From: a bacterium
GTDB taxonomy: Bacteria; CALINM01
Reading direction: 5' to 3'
Length of the DNA: 30,121 bases
Assembly: GCA_041640455.1 (NCBI GenBank)
Contig: JBEQAF010000009.1
Coordinates: 8,256-38,376, forward strand
The notes under the pieces are model-generated. The model had not been told where the DNA came from, did no database searches, and saw nothing but the letters and a program-made list of their open reading frames with translations. Numbering within the stretch: position 1 is the stretch's first letter; every line of letters begins with the position of its first letter. The position numbers were made by a program, and so were the translations under genes. Positions 26,459-30,121 of the stretch are shown here, piece after piece.

Positions 26459-28192
26459 ATGGCCTGCGATATAATAATTGTTGGTGGTGGTCTGGCTGGT
26501 CTTATGTCAGCCATATCTGCCTGTGAACAGAATCTAAAGGTAAAATTATTCTCCATACTACCCGTAAAAAGGTCACATTCTGTCTGTGCGCAGGGAGGTA
26601 TCAATGCGGCTGTCAATACAAAGGGCGAAGGTGACAGTCCTGACATTCATTTTTATGAGACCATTTATGGTGGAGATTTTCTTGCCAATCAACCACCTGT
26701 AAAGGATATGTGTTACAACGCCCCCAACATAGTTTACCTATTAGATAGAATGGGTGTTATGTTTAACCGTACGCCGGAAGGTTTTCTTGATTTCAGAAGA
26801 TTTGGTGGAACAAGATATCATAGAACTGCCTTTGCGGGTGCTACCACAGGTCAGCAGATACTTTATGCCTTAGATGAACAGGTAAGAAGATTGGAAGCCA
26901 AAGGGCTTGTTGAAAAATATGAAGGATGGGAGTTTCTAAGAGCCATAATTGATGATAATGGAGTCTGCCGTGGAATAGTAGCGGTTAATCTACAGACAAT
27001 GGAGATAGAGAGTTTCCCTGCTGATGCGGTTATAATGGCAACTGGCGGATGCGGACTTATTTTTGGAAAAAGCACAAACTCCTACCTCTGCAATGGCTCG
27101 GCTCAATCAATACTTTATCAGCAGGGTGTTAAGTATGCAAACGGAGAATTTATTCAGGTACATCCTACTGCCATTTATGGTGGTGATAAACTGAGGTTGA
27201 TATCTGAATCGGTAAGAGGAGAGGGTGGCAGAATCTGGACATATAAAGATGGTAAAAAATGGTACTTTTTAGAGGAGAAATATCCTTCTTACGGGAATCT
27301 TGTCCCGAGAGATATTGCGAGCAGAGAGATATTTAAGGTATGTGTAGAAATGGGGCTTGGTGTGGAAGGTAAAAACTATGTTTATCTTGATGTGACCCAT
27401 ATAGACAGGAAAACACTGGAATACAAACTTGGAGGTGTGCTGGAGATTTATGAAAAGTTTATGGGAGAAGATCCATATACAAAACCGATGAAGGTATTTC
27501 CTGCCGTTCATTATACCATGGGCGGACTATGGGTTGATTATAATCAGATGACCAATGTGCAGGGGCTTTTCGCTACAGGTGAATGTGAGTATCAGTATCA
27601 CGGTGCTAATAGACTGGGGGCAAACTCCCTTTTATCCTGTATTCATGCTGGAATGATTGTGGGGGAAAAGGTATCCCAATATTTGGGAGGGCTCAGATGG
27701 AGCTGTAAGGATACACAGAGTAGTTTATTGGAAGGTGAAAAATCTGTAATTTTGTCAAAAATTGAACAGTATAAAAAGCTTGATGGCAATGAAAATCCTT
27801 ACAAAATACATGAAGAGCTCGGAAATGTTATGACCGAAAATGTTACTGTGGTCAGATACAATGACAGTCTTGTAAAGACACTTCATAAAATAAAGGAGCT
27901 GAAAGAAAGGTTCAGGAATATAAACATTCTTGATGGATCTGCTTTTGCTAATCAGAGTCTGATTTTTGTTTATCAGCTCTGGAATATGCTTGAACTTGCA
28001 ACAGTAATAACGAAGGGTGCTTTGCTCAGGAATGAAAGTAGAGGAAGCCACTATAAACCTGAATTTCCTGAAAGAAACGACAAGGATTTTTTAAAGACTA
28101 CCGTAGCTGTTTATAACCCAGAAGAGCCAGAAATATATTATGAAGATGTTGATACAAGTCTTATAAAACCGGTAGAGAGGAAGTACAGCTGA
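26459..28192 (+). CDS. sdhA: Succinate dehydrogenase/fumarate reductase flavoprotein subunit
   Basis: GGGLAG, RSHSVCAQGG (covalent FAD His), QVHPT, SESVRGEGG, VHYTMGG, HGANRLGANSL, ESRGSH. Confidence 0.97.
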   Translation: MACDIIIVGGGLAGLMSAISACEQNLKVKLFSILPVKRSHSVCAQGGINAAVNTKGEGDSPDIHFYETIYGGDFLANQPPVKDMCYNAPNIVYLLDRMGVMFNRTPEGFLDFRRFGGTRYHRTAFAGATTGQQILYALDEQVRRLEAKGLVEKYEGWEFLRAIIDDNGVCRGIVAVNLQTMEIESFPADAVIMATGGCGLIFGKSTNSYLCNGSAQSILYQQGVKYANGEFIQVHPTAIYGGDKLRLISESVRGEGGRIWTYKDGKKWYFLEEKYPSYGNLVPRDIASREIFKVCVEMGLGVEGKNYVYLDVTHIDRKTLEYKLGGVLEIYEKFMGEDPYTKPMKVFPAVHYTMGGLWVDYNQMTNVQGLFATGECEYQYHGANRLGANSLLSCIHAGMIVGEKVSQYLGGLRWSCKDTQSSLLEGEKSVILSKIEQYKKLDGNENPYKIHEELGNVMTENVTVVRYNDSLVKTLHKIKELKERFRNINILDGSAFANQSLIFVYQLWNMLELATVITKGALLRNESRGSHYKPEFPERNDKDFLKTTVAVYNPEEPEIYYEDVDTSLIKPVERKYS

Positions 28193-28932
28193 TGGAAGTT
28201 CTGGTAAATGTAGAAAGAAGGCAGAGTCCCATATCCTCTCCGTATAGAGAGAGGTTTAGGGTAAATGTGGAAGATACGGCAAATGTTATTATGGTTCTTA
28301 TGGAGATAAGAAAAAATCCCGTTAATATAGAGGGGAAGAAGGTGGCTCCTGTTGCCTTTGAATGTAGCTGCCTTGAGGAGGTTTGTGGCGCCTGCACTAT
28401 GAATATTAATGGTAGAGCGAGACAGGCATGCAGTGCTTTAGTTAAAGATCTTGGTAGAGAGATAAATCTGGCGCCCCTTAGAAAATTTCCAGTAATAAGA
28501 GATCTTATTGTGGATAGACGGAAAATTTTTGAGGCTTTGAAAAGGGTAAAGGCGTGGATACCCATTGATGGTATACATACTCTTGGACCAGGACCTAAGG
28601 TCTCCGAAAAGGTGCAGATAATGGGTTATAAACTTTCAAGATGTATGAGCTGTGGCATATGCATGGAGGCCTGTCCTCAGGTAAATGAAAGGTCTAATTT
28701 TATTGGTCCCGCAGCAATAGCGCAGGCGTACCTTTTTAATCTGCATCCAACCGGAGCTATGATAAAAGATGATAGATATGAAGCTCTTCTTTCTGATGGA
28801 GGGATCGGAGAATGTGGAAACGCTCAAAACTGCGTAAAGGTCTGTCCCAAAAGCGTGCCCCTTACTTTTTCACTGGCTAAATTAAACAGAGAGACCTTAA
28901 TATATAGTATTAAAAGGTTACTTGATACTTAA
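28192..28932 (+). CDS. sdhB: Succinate dehydrogenase/fumarate reductase iron-sulfur subunit
   Basis: CLEEVCGAC...QAC [2Fe-2S]; CMSCGICMEACP; CGNAQNCVKVCP; TGATG overlap with sdhA. Confidence 0.96.
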   Translation: MEVLVNVERRQSPISSPYRERFRVNVEDTANVIMVLMEIRKNPVNIEGKKVAPVAFECSCLEEVCGACTMNINGRARQACSALVKDLGREINLAPLRKFPVIRDLIVDRRKIFEALKRVKAWIPIDGIHTLGPGPKVSEKVQIMGYKLSRCMSCGICMEACPQVNERSNFIGPAAIAQAYLFNLHPTGAMIKDDRYEALLSDGGIGECGNAQNCVKVCPKSVPLTFSLAKLNRETLIYSIKRLLDT

Positions 28933-28950
28933 GATATATCTGGGGGAACA

Positions 28951-29364
28951 ATGTTATTAAAACTAAACAGAGAAAGCATAAAAAATGAGCTTTTAAAATC
29001 TGTAGAGGAGATTTCAGCACAAAAAATCATGTCCTGTTATCAGTGCGGCAAATGCACAGCAGGCTGTCCTCTGGCGGACAAGATGGATTATGTCCCCAAT
29101 GAGATGATGAGACTATGTATGCTTGGGCTGATTGAGGAGCTTCTGAACTCAAAAGCCATCTGGCTGTGTACATCCTGTTTTCAATGCGGTACAAGATGTC
29201 CCAAGGGGATTGAGGTGCATAGAGTTTTTGAAGCTTTGAGAAGTCTTGCATTAAGAGAAGGTAAAAACTATACCGACATTGAGGAGCTTCCGAAAGAAAT
29301 CTTAGATGAGATGCCTCAGCAGGCATTGATCGCTGGTTACAGAAAGTTTGAATCTTTAGAATAA
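28951..29364 (+). CDS. hdrC: Heterodisulfide reductase subunit C-like 2x[4Fe-4S] protein
   Basis: CYQCGKCTAGCP and IWLCTSCFQCGTRCP.GI motifs; directly upstream of an hdrB-like gene. Confidence 0.9.
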   Translation: MLLKLNRESIKNELLKSVEEISAQKIMSCYQCGKCTAGCPLADKMDYVPNEMMRLCMLGLIEELLNSKAIWLCTSCFQCGTRCPKGIEVHRVFEALRSLALREGKNYTDIEELPKEILDEMPQQALIAGYRKFESLE

Positions 29365-29378
29365 ATAAGGAGCTTATA

Positions 29379-30121
29379 ATGGTTATATACCCCTATTTTC
29401 CTGGCTGTGCCTTAAGCACAAAGGCAAAAGCTCTTGATATATCAGCAAGAGAGTCCATGAGGGCTCTGGGTTTTGAATTAATGGAGCTTGACAACTGGAC
29501 CTGTTGCGGGGCTGTATTCCCCCTTGCAGAGGATGAGCATATAAGGCTTGTATCTCCTTTAAGGGCTATATTTGAAGCCTCAAAAACATCAGATAAGCTT
29601 GTAACGCTCTGCTCTGCCTGTTTTAATGTGCTGAGAAGGACAAACAGAGTGATAAAAACTAATCAGGCAAGAAGAGAGAGGGTTCTAAACTATATGGAAG
29701 AAGAAGTGCCTCAAGACTTTAACTACAATGTATCGGTGATTCATCTAATAGAAATTATAAGAGATGAGCTTGGCTTTGAAAATCTATCCTCAAAGATTAA
29801 AAAACCTCTTACAGGGCTTAAAATTGCGCCTTTTTATGATTGTCTTACTTTCAGACCTCCTAAGGAGATGGAGTTTGAAGATCCTGAAAATCCAAGAGTC
29901 TATACTAACCTTATAACTGCTTTAGGCGGAGAGAGTATAGATTTTCCTTTCAGAAGCGAATGTTGTGGTGCTCATCTTTCAGTAAGTGATAGATCTGCAT
30001 CCCTTGACTGCTCAATGAGAATACTTAATTCTGCCAGAATCTGCGGAGCTGAGGCGCTTTTAACTTCATGTCCTCTCTGCCATTACAATCTTGATGCGAG
30101 ACAAAAAGAGATGGCAGAAAA
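29379..30121 (+). CDS. hdrB: Heterodisulfide reductase subunit B-like CCG-domain protein (3'-partial; missing from the ORF track)
   Basis: SD AAGGAG, ATG 29379; translated by hand MVIYPYFPGC...WTCCG...LCSAC...FYDC...ECCG...SCPLCHYNLD; two CCG domains; frame open to the window end. Confidence 0.93.
   Translation, partial: MVIYPYFPGCALSTKAKALDISARESMRALGFELMELDNWTCCGAVFPLAEDEHIRLVSPLRAIFEASKTSDKLVTLCSACFNVLRRTNRVIKTNQARRERVLNYMEEEVPQDFNYNVSVIHLIEIIRDELGFENLSSKIKKPLTGLKIAPFYDCLTFRPPKEMEFEDPENPRVYTNLITALGGESIDFPFRSECCGAHLSVSDRSASLDCSMRILNSARICGAEALLTSCPLCHYNLDARQKEMAE

Noticed and set aside
28190..28194. TGA at the end of sdhA as possible selenocysteine/readthrough; Sec in hdr genes
   Set aside because: SdhA ends at the normal family C-terminus and TGATG is a standard coupling overlap; hdrC and the visible part of hdrB have no in-frame TGA.

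Overview
Gene-dense, AT-rich (roughly mid-30s % GC by eye) core chromosomal region of a diderm anaerobe; gene content and order suggest a deltaproteobacterial/Desulfobacterota-like lineage (inference). Order: ftsK (5'-truncated)-lolA-rimO > < two-gene ABC transporter with no substrate-binding protein | small protein-HDOD-REC/GGDEF signalling triad > tRNA-Leu(TAG)-tig-clpP-clpX > hup > tRNA-Val(TAC) > lipoprotein > < radical SAM protein-cobB | yjbQ-yqeY-mutS2-dnaG-rpoD-hpf-(terminator)-rapZ > mdh-fumarase alpha/beta-sdhCAB-hdrC-hdrB (3'-truncated). I see no mobile element, CRISPR array or defence system. Most notable: (1) a C4-branch TCA operon running directly into heterodisulfide-reductase-like hdrCB; (2) a probable ATA start (ATAA overlap) for the GGDEF gene; (3) a probably leaderless cobB whose predicted TTG start is really a -35 box; (4) hpf-rapZ attached to rpoD instead of rpoN, with the rapZ SD-like sequence inside a terminator stem; (5) lon and rpsU missing from their usual operons.
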